From assembly GCA_045535135.1 (NCBI GenBank), contig JAZSKZ010000095.1, forward strand, positions 1 through 41,275: DNA of 41,275 nucleotides, written 5' to 3'. Origin of the DNA: Faecousia sp. GTDB lineage: Bacteria > Bacillota > Clostridia > Oscillospirales > Oscillospiraceae. Of this stretch, positions 1-9,437 are shown piece by piece. Position 1 is the stretch's first letter, and each line of letters starts with the position of its first letter. The notes beneath the pieces were generated by a model, which worked only from the letters and a program-made list of their open reading frames with translations, was not told the DNA's origin and made no database searches. The translations under genes and the position numbers were made by a program.

Positions 1-1
1 A

Positions 2-874
2 GTTACAGAAATGATGCGCCGCTATAAGGCAATGTCTGACGCTGGCGTTCGTGATTTGGAATCCTATAACAGCATTGTGGAAGGCCAGGAGGATATGGGC
101 AAAAAGCTTCCTCAGGTAGTGGTTATTATCGATGAGCTTGCCGACCTTATGTTGGTAGCAGCAAAGGAAGTGGAAGAATCTATTTGCCGGATTGCTCAAA
201 TGGGTCGTGCTGCCGGTATCCACCTAATCATCGCAACCCAAAGACCCTCTGCTGATGTTATTACTGGTCTTATGAAGGCAAACATCCCCTCCAGAATCGC
301 CTTTGCTGTGGCATCCGCTATGGAATCGAGAATCATTTTGGATACCCAAGGTGCAGAAAAGCTGGTAGGTCGTGGTGATATGCTGTATGCGCCAATCGGC
401 AGCGGTAAGCCGAAGCGTGTGCAAGGCTGCTTTGTCAGCGACCCGGAGGTTGAAGCGGTTGCCAACTATGTAAAATCCAATTTCATTTCCGATTACGATC
501 AGCATGTTATGGAGGAAATCGAAAAGAAGGCCGCCCAGACCGGCAACGCCAAGGCTACCGCATCTGACCCGGAGCCTAACGGCGATGAGCTGGAAGGGGA
601 CGAGATGCTTCCCGCCGCTGTAGATGTCATTTTGGAAACTGGTCAGGCGTCTGTATCTATGCTCCAAAGAAGACTTAAGCTCGGATATGCCCGGGCCGCA
701 CGAATTGTAGATGAAATGGAGGAAAAGGGAATCGTAGGTCCATTCCAAGGCAGCAAACCACGCACTATTCTAGTTACGAAAGAGCAGTGGGAAGCTATGC
801 GAGCTGGTCAGCAGCCATCTCAAATGGCAATTGATGAGCTCCCTGAATCTGAAGACTACGATCCTTTTAATTGA
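2..874 (+). CDS. ftsK: DNA translocase FtsK/SpoIIIE, C-terminal part (5'-truncated by window)
   Basis: Walker B IIDELADLM, ATQRPS, GAEKLVGRGDML, and gamma domain ASVSMLQRRLKLGYARAARIVDEMEEKG; frame open to the window edge. Confidence 0.97.
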   Translation, partial: VTEMMRRYKAMSDAGVRDLESYNSIVEGQEDMGKKLPQVVVIIDELADLMLVAAKEVEESICRIAQMGRAAGIHLIIATQRPSADVITGLMKANIPSRIAFAVASAMESRIILDTQGAEKLVGRGDMLYAPIGSGKPKRVQGCFVSDPEVEAVANYVKSNFISDYDQHVMEEIEKKAAQTGNAKATASDPEPNGDELEGDEMLPAAVDVILETGQASVSMLQRRLKLGYARAARIVDEMEEKGIVGPFQGSKPRTILVTKEQWEAMRAGQQPSQMAIDELPESEDYDPFN

Positions 875-878
875 TGGT

Positions 879-935
879 ATTTTAGCCGAAAGGCTTAAAT
901 AAATGTATCGCATCCGCATTTGCGGAGCGACAACA
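879..935 (+). ncRNA. Candidate cis-regulatory RNA resembling the pan motif (bulged-A stem-loop) in the 5' UTR of the ECF S component
   Basis: Hairpin TGT-A-TCGC-A-TCCGC[ATTT]GCGGA-GCGA-CA-ACA (904-935) with two unpaired A, directly before RBS AGGAGG (936-941); a preceding GAAA-tetraloop hairpin at 879-900. Confidence 0.55.
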
Positions 936-948
936 AGGAGGAAAAAAC

Positions 949-1533
949 ATGAAAAACAAAAAAGTAGAGACTATGGTAGGCATATCGCTTTTGATTGCGG
1001 TTATGCTTGTGCTTCAGTTTGTAGCAACGGCATTTCCCATTAAAATCGGTCCTGTATCGCTTTCCCTGGTTCTCATTCCCATCGTACTGGGCGCCGCAGC
1101 CTTTGGTCCGGCAGCCGGCAGTGTGTTGGGCGGCGCATTTGGTGTATTGGCGTACATCTTCTGTGTCAACGGCATGGACGGCGGCGGACATATGGTCTTT
1201 CAGGCAAGTCCGGTTCTATGCTTTTTGGTCGTTATGGCCAAGGGAGTTCTATGCGGATTTGTTTCCGGCATTGTTTACCGAGCGCTCCGCAAGGTTAACG
1301 GCTATTTCGCCATGCTTTGTGCGGCAATTGTTTGCCCTGTGGTAAATACCGGCGTATTTCTGTTGGGAATGTATCTGTTCTTTATGGATGTTTTAAAGGC
1401 ATGGGCCGGTGGATCTGATGTTGCGGGATTTGTGATATCCGGCTTAATTGTGATCAATTTCCTGCCGGAGCTGGCTATTAACGTTGTTTTTAGCCCGGCA
1501 GGTCAGCGCATTCTTCACGCTGTTAAAAAATAA
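949..1533 (+). CDS. ECF transporter S component (PanT-like, probably pantothenate)
   Basis: 194 aa, about 5-6 hydrophobic helices, IPIVLGAAAFGP..G..LG..FG and VVNTG motifs; strong RBS. Confidence 0.8.
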   Translation: MKNKKVETMVGISLLIAVMLVLQFVATAFPIKIGPVSLSLVLIPIVLGAAAFGPAAGSVLGGAFGVLAYIFCVNGMDGGGHMVFQASPVLCFLVVMAKGVLCGFVSGIVYRALRKVNGYFAMLCAAIVCPVVNTGVFLLGMYLFFMDVLKAWAGGSDVAGFVISGLIVINFLPELAINVVFSPAGQRILHAVKK

Positions 1534-1550
1534 TAAACCAAGTTTTCCTG

Positions 1551-1580
1551 AGCAGGCAGCTTTTGCTGCCTGCTTTTTTT
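1551..1580 (+). terminator. Rho-independent terminator
   Basis: AGCAGGCAGC-TTTT-GCTGCCTGCT followed by T tract. Confidence 0.9.
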
Positions 1581-1608
1581 GCATATCCCGGCAATCTGAG
1601 CATACTCT
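1581..1608 (+). promoter_or_regulatory. sigE-like promoter of spoIIIA operon
   Basis: gcATAtc -35, ATA-N15-CATACTCT -10; spoIIIA is a known sigE operon. Confidence 0.65.
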
Positions 1609-1626
1609 TAACCAGGAGTGATGCAT

Positions 1627-2478
1627 ATGAAATGTGCCTGGAACGCCTTATTGGGTTTGCTTCCTCAAGGCTATAAATCTATCGTTGACAATCTGGGTCG
1701 GGAAACACTGCAGGAACTTCGTCTTCGCAACGGACTTCCACCTTTGCTGGTGAAATCGAACGGCTGTGAGGAACTACCGTTTACTGTTAAATCAGCAGAC
1801 ATCCAGTTCGTAATTAATGCGGCCAGCAGGTATTCTCCCTGGACCGCCGAAAGCGCCGCAAGCGGTTATATCACAGCGCCCGGTGGGCACAGAATTGGTT
1901 TGTGCGGACAGGCTGTTGAGCACAACGGGAAAATGACGGATATACGGCAAGTAACATCGTTATGTATCCGTGTGGCAAGAGATTTTCCGGGAATAGGTGA
2001 AAAAGCACCAAAACGAGGAAATCTTCTAATACTTGGTCCGCCAGGGTCCGGAAAAACAACTATGCTTCGGGATGTTATACGCAGTCGTTCTTCAAGTGGT
2101 CAAGGCAGCGTGGCAGTTGTTGACGAACGGGGAGAGCTGTTTCCTATTTATGGCGGTAATTGTTGCTTTTTCCCAGGTGGAGGAACTGATGTAATGAGCG
2201 GCTGCAAAAAGTCATCCGGCATCATTATGCTTTTGCGTACTATGGGTCCGCGCACAATCGCAGTTGATGAAATCACATCGCAGGAGGACTCCAATGCGAT
2301 TTTAGAGGCGATAGGTTGCGGTGTCGATATCGTTGCAACAGCCCACGCCGGGTCCACACGAGACTTTATGTGCAGGCCCACTTATGCACAGCTTATCGAG
2401 CTTCGAGTCTTTCAAAACATACTACTGATGCGCTCGGACAAGTCCTGGCGGGAAGAGAGGTTATATTATGACACTTAA
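1627..2478 (+). CDS. spoIIIAA: Stage III sporulation protein AA (ATPase)
   Basis: QELRLR, GHRIGLCG, GPPGSGKTTMLRD, VVDERGEL, AVDEI, ATAH; start chosen by RBS spacing (ORF open from 1618). Confidence 0.95.
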   Translation: MKCAWNALLGLLPQGYKSIVDNLGRETLQELRLRNGLPPLLVKSNGCEELPFTVKSADIQFVINAASRYSPWTAESAASGYITAPGGHRIGLCGQAVEHNGKMTDIRQVTSLCIRVARDFPGIGEKAPKRGNLLILGPPGSGKTTMLRDVIRSRSSSGQGSVAVVDERGELFPIYGGNCCFFPGGGTDVMSGCKKSSGIIMLLRTMGPRTIAVDEITSQEDSNAILEAIGCGVDIVATAHAGSTRDFMCRPTYAQLIELRVFQNILLMRSDKSWREERLYYDT

Positions 2479-2980
2479 GGTTATAGGATCCGTTTTGGTT
2501 ATCTTAGGTTGTGGTGGCTTTGGATTGCTCATCGCTGCAAACTATAAGAGAGAAGAGAAATCTCTGCAAGCATTGCTGGAGGCACTGGAGTATATGCTCT
2601 CTGAACTTCGGTTTCATCTGCCGCCCCTGGAGCAGCTTTGTGTTGATGCCTCAAAGTTATCAAACGGCGTCGTTTCAAAGGCGCTCTGCGCATTAAGCAA
2701 GGAACTCAATGCACAGGTTGCACCCGACAGTGAAAGCTGTATGCGCGCCGCACTGGAATCAACGAAAGATGTTCCGGTATTGACAGGGAATATGTTCCGT
2801 CTCTTAGGGAAGACTTTGGGGAAATTTGATTTAGAAGGGCAAATTCAAGGGATTCAAAAGGTCATTGATGAGGTTAGAAAGAACATAATTTTGCTCTCAT
2901 CTGACAGGGAAAACCGTCTTAGAAGCTACCATACACTGGGTTTTTGCGCAGGAATTTCCCTTGCGATCTTGCTGATTTAA
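2468..2980 (+). CDS. spoIIIAB: Stage III sporulation protein AB
   Basis: N- and C-terminal TM segments, LGKTLGKFDLEGQ; position in operon. Confidence 0.9.
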   Translation: MTLKVIGSVLVILGCGGFGLLIAANYKREEKSLQALLEALEYMLSELRFHLPPLEQLCVDASKLSNGVVSKALCALSKELNAQVAPDSESCMRAALESTKDVPVLTGNMFRLLGKTLGKFDLEGQIQGIQKVIDEVRKNIILLSSDRENRLRSYHTLGFCAGISLAILLI

Positions 2981-2981
2981 T

Positions 2982-3176
2982 ATGGATATTGATTTAATCT
3001 TTAAAATTGCCGCTATAGGAATTATTGTGTCTATTCTTAATCAGGTTCTGTCCCGCTCCGGTCGGGATGAACAGGCAACTATGACCACCCTTGCCGGACT
3101 TGTCGTGGTGCTTATGATGGTGGCTCAGGAAATAGCAAATCTATTTGATCTTGTGAAAACACTTTTTCATTTTTAA
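2982..3176 (+). CDS. spoIIIAC: Stage III sporulation protein AC
   Basis: MDIDLIFKIAAIGIIVSILNQVL..SGRDEQA, 64 aa. Confidence 0.96.
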   Translation: MDIDLIFKIAAIGIIVSILNQVLSRSGRDEQATMTTLAGLVVVLMMVAQEIANLFDLVKTLFHF

Positions 3177-3571
3177 TGGATATTTTTGTTAAAACAGTTG
3201 CGGGTGTAATTATTGCCGTTGTGCTGCTTCTTGCGTTGGGGCAAAAAGGTAAGGAATTGGGAGTAGTACTTATCCTTGCTGCCTGCGTGATGGCGGCCGC
3301 AGTGGCAATGACATTTTTAAAACCTGTACTTTCTTTTTTTAATAAATTACAGAGGCTAATCGGCTTAGATAAAAATCTAATGTCAATTCTGTTAAAGGCA
3401 ACAGGAACCGGCCTGATTGGCGAAATCGCTGCAATGATCTGCACGGATTGCGGACAGGCATCATTGGGAAAGGTCGTGCAAATCCTTACAACATCTGTCA
3501 TTCTATGGATTTCCCTACCACTGTTTACTCAAATTCTAAATTTAGTCGAGGAGATTCTCGGTAGCGTATGA
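3176..3571 (+). CDS. spoIIIAD: Stage III sporulation protein AD
   Basis: Hydrophobic 131 aa, ILLKATG..ICTDCGQ..LG motif; operon position. Confidence 0.92.
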   Translation: MDIFVKTVAGVIIAVVLLLALGQKGKELGVVLILAACVMAAAVAMTFLKPVLSFFNKLQRLIGLDKNLMSILLKATGTGLIGEIAAMICTDCGQASLGKVVQILTTSVILWISLPLFTQILNLVEEILGSV

Positions 3572-4608
3572 GAAAAGTGCTGATCCTGATTATAATTGTC
3601 CTTTTCTGCACAATACCGGTCTACGCAATGGATTTTACAGCCCCCACAGTCCCAGACAGGGGAGCGGATGTAATGCCAGAGAATTACGAAACATTTGCAG
3701 AAGGTTTACTTTACATTTTGAGAGAGGCAATTGGAGATATAAACCCCAACCTTTCTGCTGCCTGTGAGACTTGCCTGTCGTTGGTGGCTGTTATGGTGCT
3801 TACATCCCTCGTCAGCAGTATTGCTAAAGAGCAAGAGAAAACTGTTCACCTTGTCAGTACGATAATGATCGGCTGTCTGCTATTGCAGCAATCGGGTACA
3901 TTCATCCGTCTTAGCCGTGATGTAATTGGCGAAATTAGCAGCTATGGCAAGCTTCTTATACCTGTTATGACAGCCGCACTGGCTGCTCAGGGCGGAGCTA
4001 CCGCATCTGCCGGCATTTATGTCGGGACAGTATTTTTTGATACATTGCTGACGACTGCCGTATCTAAGCTCTTAATCCCACTCGTGTATATCTTTATTGC
4101 ACTTTCAATTGCAAACAGCGCACTGAGAAACCATGGACTTAAGGAGATTCGTGGTTTTATAAAATGGCTGATTACCTGGTTACTAAAAGGCACTTTATAC
4201 ATTTTTACAGGCTACATTACCATAACCGGTGTAGTCAGCGGAACGGCAGATGCTGCCGCAATAAAGGCAGCTAAAATTACGCTCTCCGGGGTCGTCCCGG
4301 TTGTGGGAAATATTATTTCCGATGCATCGGAGGCAATTCTTGTCAGCGCCGGTCTCATGAAGAGCGCTGTAGGAATTTACGGCCTTTTAGCAACAATATC
4401 CCTATGTATTGGTCCGTTTGTTCAAATTGGCGTACAATATTTGCTTCTAAAGACCACAGCGGCTCTGTGCCGTCTGATTTCCGGTGAGAAAACCACCACG
4501 CTTATTCGGGATTTCTCCGCTGCAATGGGCTTTCTGCTTGCGATGACAGGAACAATGTGCCTGATACTTTTAATCAGCACAGTGTGCTTAATGAAAGGTG
4601 TTGGATAG
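3568..4608 (+). CDS. spoIIIAE: Stage III sporulation protein AE
   Basis: Polytopic membrane protein, VPVVGNIISDA..L.KSAVG.YG. Confidence 0.93.
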   Translation: MRKVLILIIIVLFCTIPVYAMDFTAPTVPDRGADVMPENYETFAEGLLYILREAIGDINPNLSAACETCLSLVAVMVLTSLVSSIAKEQEKTVHLVSTIMIGCLLLQQSGTFIRLSRDVIGEISSYGKLLIPVMTAALAAQGGATASAGIYVGTVFFDTLLTTAVSKLLIPLVYIFIALSIANSALRNHGLKEIRGFIKWLITWLLKGTLYIFTGYITITGVVSGTADAAAIKAAKITLSGVVPVVGNIISDASEAILVSAGLMKSAVGIYGLLATISLCIGPFVQIGVQYLLLKTTAALCRLISGEKTTTLIRDFSAAMGFLLAMTGTMCLILLISTVCLMKGVG

Positions 4609-5081
4609 TGGAAAATATTAGTAGCTATATTTTATCTGTGGTGGCTGCTGCTACATTATGCACCTGTATTTCTCTTTTGCCTGGAAAAGGGTGGGGCAGT
4701 GGGAAGATGATAACCGCTGTATGTGGGGTGTATATGGTGTTTGTTATGATTGCTCCACTAAAAAATTTTGATTTTTCTATATACACTGATTATTTTTCCG
4801 GACTGAACGAAAAGGTGCAGGAAGCCGTTTCTGACGGAAAAGACGCTGCAAACGATTCTCTTGCGGAAATCATAATCGAAGAAACGGAAGCATATATCTT
4901 AGACAAAGCGGCAAGCATGGGAGCGGACATATCGGTTGAAATCAAACTGGATACTGGGTCGCCACCGGTTCCCAGCCGAATAACCATAAAGGGGGCGGTA
5001 TCACCATATGTAAAGCGGATGCTTACCCAATACATCATCAATCAGTTGGGGATACCGAAGGAGGCACAATCTTGGGGATAA
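4608..5081 (+). CDS. spoIIIAF: Stage III sporulation protein AF
   Basis: Two N-terminal TM helices plus soluble domain; GTG start overlapping spoIIIAE stop (ORF open from 4557). Confidence 0.85.
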   Translation: MENISSYILSVVAAATLCTCISLLPGKGWGSGKMITAVCGVYMVFVMIAPLKNFDFSIYTDYFSGLNEKVQEAVSDGKDAANDSLAEIIIEETEAYILDKAASMGADISVEIKLDTGSPPVPSRITIKGAVSPYVKRMLTQYIINQLGIPKEAQSWG

Positions 5082-5575
5082 ATAATCTGCCTGAGAAAGT
5101 TGTTACCGTACTTAAGAAATATAAATATGTCTTGCTGGTTATCATCATCGGTATTTTACTTATGACAATTCCTTTCAGCACGAAAACAGACGATCAGCAG
5201 CTTCCGCAAAAGGTGCAAACAGAAGCACCCGGAATGGAAGACCGACTAATTAAAATACTTAGTCAGATTCAAGGTGCGGGAAAGGTCAGTGTAATGCTTA
5301 CGGAATCAGCCGGAGAGGAAACCATCTATCAGACCGACCAAAACATCTCAGTTAGCGACAGTAATTCTACAACGCAAAAGGATACGGTAACCATTACGGA
5401 CGATAAACGCTCAGAAAACGGATTAATCATTCAGGTCATTCCGCCAAAATATCAGGGCGCAGTAGTCGTCTGCCAAGGCGCAGACAACGCAACTGTTCGC
5501 CTTGCTATTTCTGAAGCTGTATCCAGCTTGACAGGATTGGGTACAGATCGGATTACAATTGTAAAAATGAAGTAA
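5072..5575 (+). CDS. spoIIIAG: Stage III sporulation protein AG
   Basis: ILSQIQGAGKVSVMLT, PKYQGAVVVCQGAD; TTG start with AAGGAGG. Confidence 0.95.
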   Translation: MGINNLPEKVVTVLKKYKYVLLVIIIGILLMTIPFSTKTDDQQLPQKVQTEAPGMEDRLIKILSQIQGAGKVSVMLTESAGEETIYQTDQNISVSDSNSTTQKDTVTITDDKRSENGLIIQVIPPKYQGAVVVCQGADNATVRLAISEAVSSLTGLGTDRITIVKMK

Positions 5576-5590
5576 CAGGAGGTATGAAGT

Positions 5591-6124
5591 ATGAAAATAT
5601 GGAAGAAGAATTTAATTGCGGCTGTTCTGCTAGTTGCCGTATGCGGAGGTATATATGTTAACTGGCTGTACGGCGAAGATAAAGCAGTCGCAAATTTGAC
5701 AGATGTACTGGATGAGGATAAGCTCCTTTCGTCTGATTTGGTTATGGGCGACGGAAACGGCGAATCCAATACCCTTACCGATTATTTTGCCGCAGTCCGG
5801 CTCTCCCGTCAGCAAGCACGGGACAGCGCAGTCAGTCTTTTACAGGAAGCAATAGCCTACGGGGATGAAGCAAGTGCCGCTGAAACAGGGAAGAAGCTGG
5901 ACGCTCTTGTCAATACTGCTCTGTGCGAAGCACAAATTGAGAGCCTAATTATTGCAAAGGGCTATGCAGACTGCGTTGCCTACATAAGCGACACCGGCAT
6001 TTCTGTTGCCGTTGCTGCTCCTGAAGGTGGAATTAAGCAGACCGATGTAGCGCTCGTTACCGATATCGTCCTGTCCCAGTCTAATTTGACCATCAATGAT
6101 ATCCGTGTAGTCGAAGTACAGTAG
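5591..6124 (+). CDS. spoIIIAH: Stage III sporulation protein AH
   Basis: N-terminal TM, DYFAAVRLSRQQAR, IESLIIAKGYADCV. Confidence 0.93.
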   Translation: MKIWKKNLIAAVLLVAVCGGIYVNWLYGEDKAVANLTDVLDEDKLLSSDLVMGDGNGESNTLTDYFAAVRLSRQQARDSAVSLLQEAIAYGDEASAAETGKKLDALVNTALCEAQIESLIIAKGYADCVAYISDTGISVAVAAPEGGIKQTDVALVTDIVLSQSNLTINDIRVVEVQ

Positions 6125-6131
6125 CAAAAAC

Positions 6132-6162
6132 CCCGCAGTGCTTAGCATTGCGGGATTCTTTT
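6132..6162 (+). terminator. Terminator after spoIIIA operon
   Basis: CCCGCAGTGC-TTA-GCATTGCGGG followed by ATTCTTTT. Confidence 0.8.
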
Positions 6163-6174
6163 ATAAGAAAACAG

Positions 6175-6203
6175 TTGTAATTTTCAGGAAATGGTGGTAG
6201 AAT
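6175..6203 (+). promoter_or_regulatory. sigA promoter of asp23-nusB operon
   Basis: TTGTAA-N17-TAGAAT with extended TGn. Confidence 0.7.
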
Positions 6204-6248
6204 ACTAAAAAGACTGTGCATACCATATGAATTCAGGAGGATAACCTT

Positions 6249-6617
6249 ATGGCAGAATCCAAGCAGTATATTACACAGCCTCAGGAGAACGGCAATGTTC
6301 TGATTTCCGAGGATGTGCTTTCCACAATTGTTTCCCAGGCTTTGGCGGATGTGGACGGTGTTGTTGGCTTAAGCGCAAAGCCCGGCGCAGATATTGCCGA
6401 AATCATCGGCAAAAAGAATTGGGGCAAGGGAATGAAGATTACGATTCTTCCCGATAACTGCCTGCGCGTAGACTGCAACGTCCTTATTGCCTATGGTCAG
6501 AGTGTGGTTTCTGTTGCAAAGACTGCGCAGGAAACTGTGAGCAGCGCACTGGAATCTATGGCAAACATTAAGGTTTCTGCAGTGAACATCAATGTCTGTG
6601 GCATTGTGCGGCAGTGA
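6249..6617 (+). CDS. Asp23/Gls24 family protein (YqhY-like)
   Basis: GNVLISEDVL, VDGVVGL, KGMKI, VNINV; canonical position before nusB. Confidence 0.9.
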   Translation: MAESKQYITQPQENGNVLISEDVLSTIVSQALADVDGVVGLSAKPGADIAEIIGKKNWGKGMKITILPDNCLRVDCNVLIAYGQSVVSVAKTAQETVSSALESMANIKVSAVNINVCGIVRQ

Positions 6618-6625
6618 GGTTCGTT

Positions 6626-7084
6626 ATGACTAGAGGAGATGCCAGAGAACTGGCAGTACATCTGATTTACGCCCGTGAGTTCACCGGAGAAGAACCGGAG
6701 AGTGTCATTAATACACGGCTGGATAAGGCGTATTATCCCAACTTGGCGCAGGTAAACGATGTTTATACGGATCGTCCCAGTAAAGCACAAACTGCCTATA
6801 TTGACTTAGTGGTCTCCGGTGTTGCTAATCGCCAGGAAATGCTTAATGACTATATTGGGCAGTATGCCATTGGTTGGGATGTATCCCGAATTTCCCGTCT
6901 TACCCGGGCCGTAATGCAGCTTGCCATTTATGAGATTCTTTTTGTGGAAGATGTTCCCACTGGGGTTGCAATTTCCGAAGCTGTACGCATTGCCAAAAAA
7001 TATGATGGCGATGACACCGGCGCATTTGTCAACGGCATTTTGGGAAGCTTCGCCCGCAGTCTCGACCAAGAGGTAACAAAATGA
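6626..7084 (+). CDS. nusB: Transcription antitermination factor NusB
   Basis: ARELAV, GWDVSRI, QLAIYEIL, VAISEAVRIAKKY, FVNGILG. Confidence 0.96.
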   Translation: MTRGDARELAVHLIYAREFTGEEPESVINTRLDKAYYPNLAQVNDVYTDRPSKAQTAYIDLVVSGVANRQEMLNDYIGQYAIGWDVSRISRLTRAVMQLAIYEILFVEDVPTGVAISEAVRIAKKYDGDDTGAFVNGILGSFARSLDQEVTK

Positions 7085-8004
7085 GTGTTGTAGGCTTTGA
7101 TACCAGTAACTACACCACATCTATTGCCTGCTTTAACGGAATCTCCGGTGAAAACTGCTCTCAGCTTCTGCCTGTAAAGGCCGGAGAGCTGGGGTTGCGT
7201 CAAAGTGATACGATTTTCCATCACACAAAAAGCCTGCCGGATTTATCTGACAGGCTGTTTTCACTTTATCCCCGTGAACAGATTCTGGCCGTTGGTGTCA
7301 GCACACGCCCGAGAGCTGTAGATGGAAGCTATATGCCTTGCTTTATGGTGGGCTATTCCCACGCAAAGATCCTTTCTGACGCGTTGAAAGTGCCGCTTTT
7401 TACCTGCTCCCACCAACAGGGGCATGTAGCCGCCTCATTATGGAGTGCCAGACGGCTGGATTTAATGGACACACCCCATTTGGCGTGGCACCTTTCCGGC
7501 GGAACAACAGAACTACTTCTTGTAGAGCCTGACGGCAAGAATGTCAAGTGCACAAAAATCGGCGGCACAACTGATATTTCCGCGGGTCAGCTTATTGACC
7601 GTACCGGTGTTATGCTTGGTTTGCCTTTTCCGGCAGGCCGACATTTAGATGTATGCAGCAAAAGTGCAGAAAACACCGATGTTTTCCGTGTTAAATGTGA
7701 ATCGATGCAGTTTTCCCTGTCCGGCGTGGAAAACAAGGTGCAAAAGTACTTTGAAAGCTGCGCAAACCCGTCAGAAACCGCCGCTTATGCTTTACGCTGT
7801 GTAATCGGCGCAGTTTGCACTGCAACGGAACAAGCCTTGAAGAATTACCCCGGACTACCTATCGTGTTTTCCGGCGGAGTAGCATCCAACTCACTTTTGA
7901 GAGAAAAAACAGCAAGATTTCAGCCTGTTTTCGCAGAACCTCGTTTTTCTACCGACAACGCCATGGGTGTAGCTGTACTTGCATATCGACAATTGGAGGG
8001 TTAA
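7081..8004 (+). CDS. TsaD/Kae1-like (M22, ASKHA fold) paralogue
   Basis: GFDTSNYTTS, SHQQGH, HLSGGTT, DISAGQLIDR, SGGVASN, TDNAMG. Confidence 0.8.
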   Translation: MSVVGFDTSNYTTSIACFNGISGENCSQLLPVKAGELGLRQSDTIFHHTKSLPDLSDRLFSLYPREQILAVGVSTRPRAVDGSYMPCFMVGYSHAKILSDALKVPLFTCSHQQGHVAASLWSARRLDLMDTPHLAWHLSGGTTELLLVEPDGKNVKCTKIGGTTDISAGQLIDRTGVMLGLPFPAGRHLDVCSKSAENTDVFRVKCESMQFSLSGVENKVQKYFESCANPSETAAYALRCVIGAVCTATEQALKNYPGLPIVFSGGVASNSLLREKTARFQPVFAEPRFSTDNAMGVAVLAYRQLEG

Positions 8005-8005
8005 T

Positions 8006-9223
8006 ATGAGCCGGGAGGTACTGTCTGTCGGACAAATAAATGAATATATCCGCTCTAAGATGGACAGCGATGCCTTACTTTCAAGCCTTGCCATTCGGGG
8101 TGAGATCGGCAACTATAAAGTTTATCCATCTGGGCATCACTATTTCAGCCTGAAGGACGAAAATGCATCTATTCGATGCGTAATGTTTCGGGGCAATGCC
8201 GCGACACTAAAATTTCGCCCGGAAGACGGCGTTAAAGTCATCGCAATGGGTAAAATTTCGGTCTTTCCCCGGGACGGCGCATATCAGCTTTACTGTACAT
8301 CCATTATCCCGGATGGGGTAGGGGAGCTGTATATTGCCTTTTCCCAACTAAAGAAAAAGCTTGCCGAGCGAGGTCTGTTTGACCCGGCGCACAAGAAGCC
8401 TCTACCAAAATATCCCAAAAACATTTGTATTATCACCAGTGAAGCCGGAGCTGCTATTCACGATATGCTGCGGATTCTTAAGAAGCGATATCCGCTTGTG
8501 AAGGCCAATCTTCTTCCTGTCCGCGTGCAAGGCGAAGAAGCGCCGGGTGAGATTGCCGCTGCCATTCGTTATGCCAATTACTACGCTTTAGGCGATCTTC
8601 TGCTAGTTGGCAGAGGTGGCGGTTCTATGGAGGATTTATGGGCGTTTAACAATGAGCAAGTCGCTCTTGCAGTCTATGAATCCACTATCCCTGTCATTTC
8701 TGCTGTAGGCCACGAGCCGGATGTAACTATAATTGATTATGTTGCTGACCTGCGTGCCGCCACGCCTTCTAATGGTGCGGAGCTTGCTGTTCCTGACCGT
8801 GAAGCGCTGATGCAAACACTGGACAGTCTGCAGTCTGCGATGTACACCACGGTCTGCCGTTCCATTTCTGCCGCTCGCAGGCAGCTAAATATTTTCACCG
8901 CAACCAATGCGCTGAAAAGCCCTGATTCCTATCTATTAATACGAAGAGATAATCTCAATGCACTGAAAAATCGGTTAATTTCCGCCCAAAGTCTTGTTCT
9001 CAGCCGACGCAAGCAAAGATTTCTTGCCTGCACTGCCAAATTAGATGCACTGAGTCCGCTTAAGGTTTTGACCCGTGGCTATGCCATTGTACAAAAAGAT
9101 GACGGAAGCATTATCCGTACCACAAAGCAGGTAAAACCTAGAGATGCGCTTTCTCTCACGGTATGTAACGGTAGAATTCTCGCAGAGATCACGGATGTTA
9201 AGGAGAATGATTATGGAAAATAA
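8006..9223 (+). CDS. xseA: Exodeoxyribonuclease VII large subunit
   Basis: SGHHYFSLKD, VGRGGGSMEDLWAFN, SAVGHEPD, RAATPS, LSPLKVLTRGY. Confidence 0.97.
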   Translation: MSREVLSVGQINEYIRSKMDSDALLSSLAIRGEIGNYKVYPSGHHYFSLKDENASIRCVMFRGNAATLKFRPEDGVKVIAMGKISVFPRDGAYQLYCTSIIPDGVGELYIAFSQLKKKLAERGLFDPAHKKPLPKYPKNICIITSEAGAAIHDMLRILKKRYPLVKANLLPVRVQGEEAPGEIAAAIRYANYYALGDLLLVGRGGGSMEDLWAFNNEQVALAVYESTIPVISAVGHEPDVTIIDYVADLRAATPSNGAELAVPDREALMQTLDSLQSAMYTTVCRSISAARRQLNIFTATNALKSPDSYLLIRRDNLNALKNRLISAQSLVLSRRKQRFLACTAKLDALSPLKVLTRGYAIVQKDDGSIIRTTKQVKPRDALSLTVCNGRILAEITDVKENDYGK

Positions 9224-9437
9224 AAGCTTCGAAGAAAAAATGCTCCGCTTAGAACAGATTGTCCGCACACTGGAAAAGGGTGATGCACCACTCGAGGCAT
9301 CCTTGAGCCTTTTTAAGGAAGGCACAAAACTCGTTTCTGATTGCAGTAAAATCTTGGACAAAGCCGAGCTTCAAGTTAAGAAAATTGTTCCCGACCCGGA
9401 CGGTGCACCTATGGAGGTGGATTTCCCCAATGAATGA
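9213..9437 (+). CDS. xseB: Exodeoxyribonuclease VII small subunit
   Basis: SFEEKMLRLEQIVRTLEKGDAPLEASLSLFKEG. Confidence 0.95.
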   Translation: MENKSFEEKMLRLEQIVRTLEKGDAPLEASLSLFKEGTKLVSDCSKILDKAELQVKKIVPDPDGAPMEVDFPNE

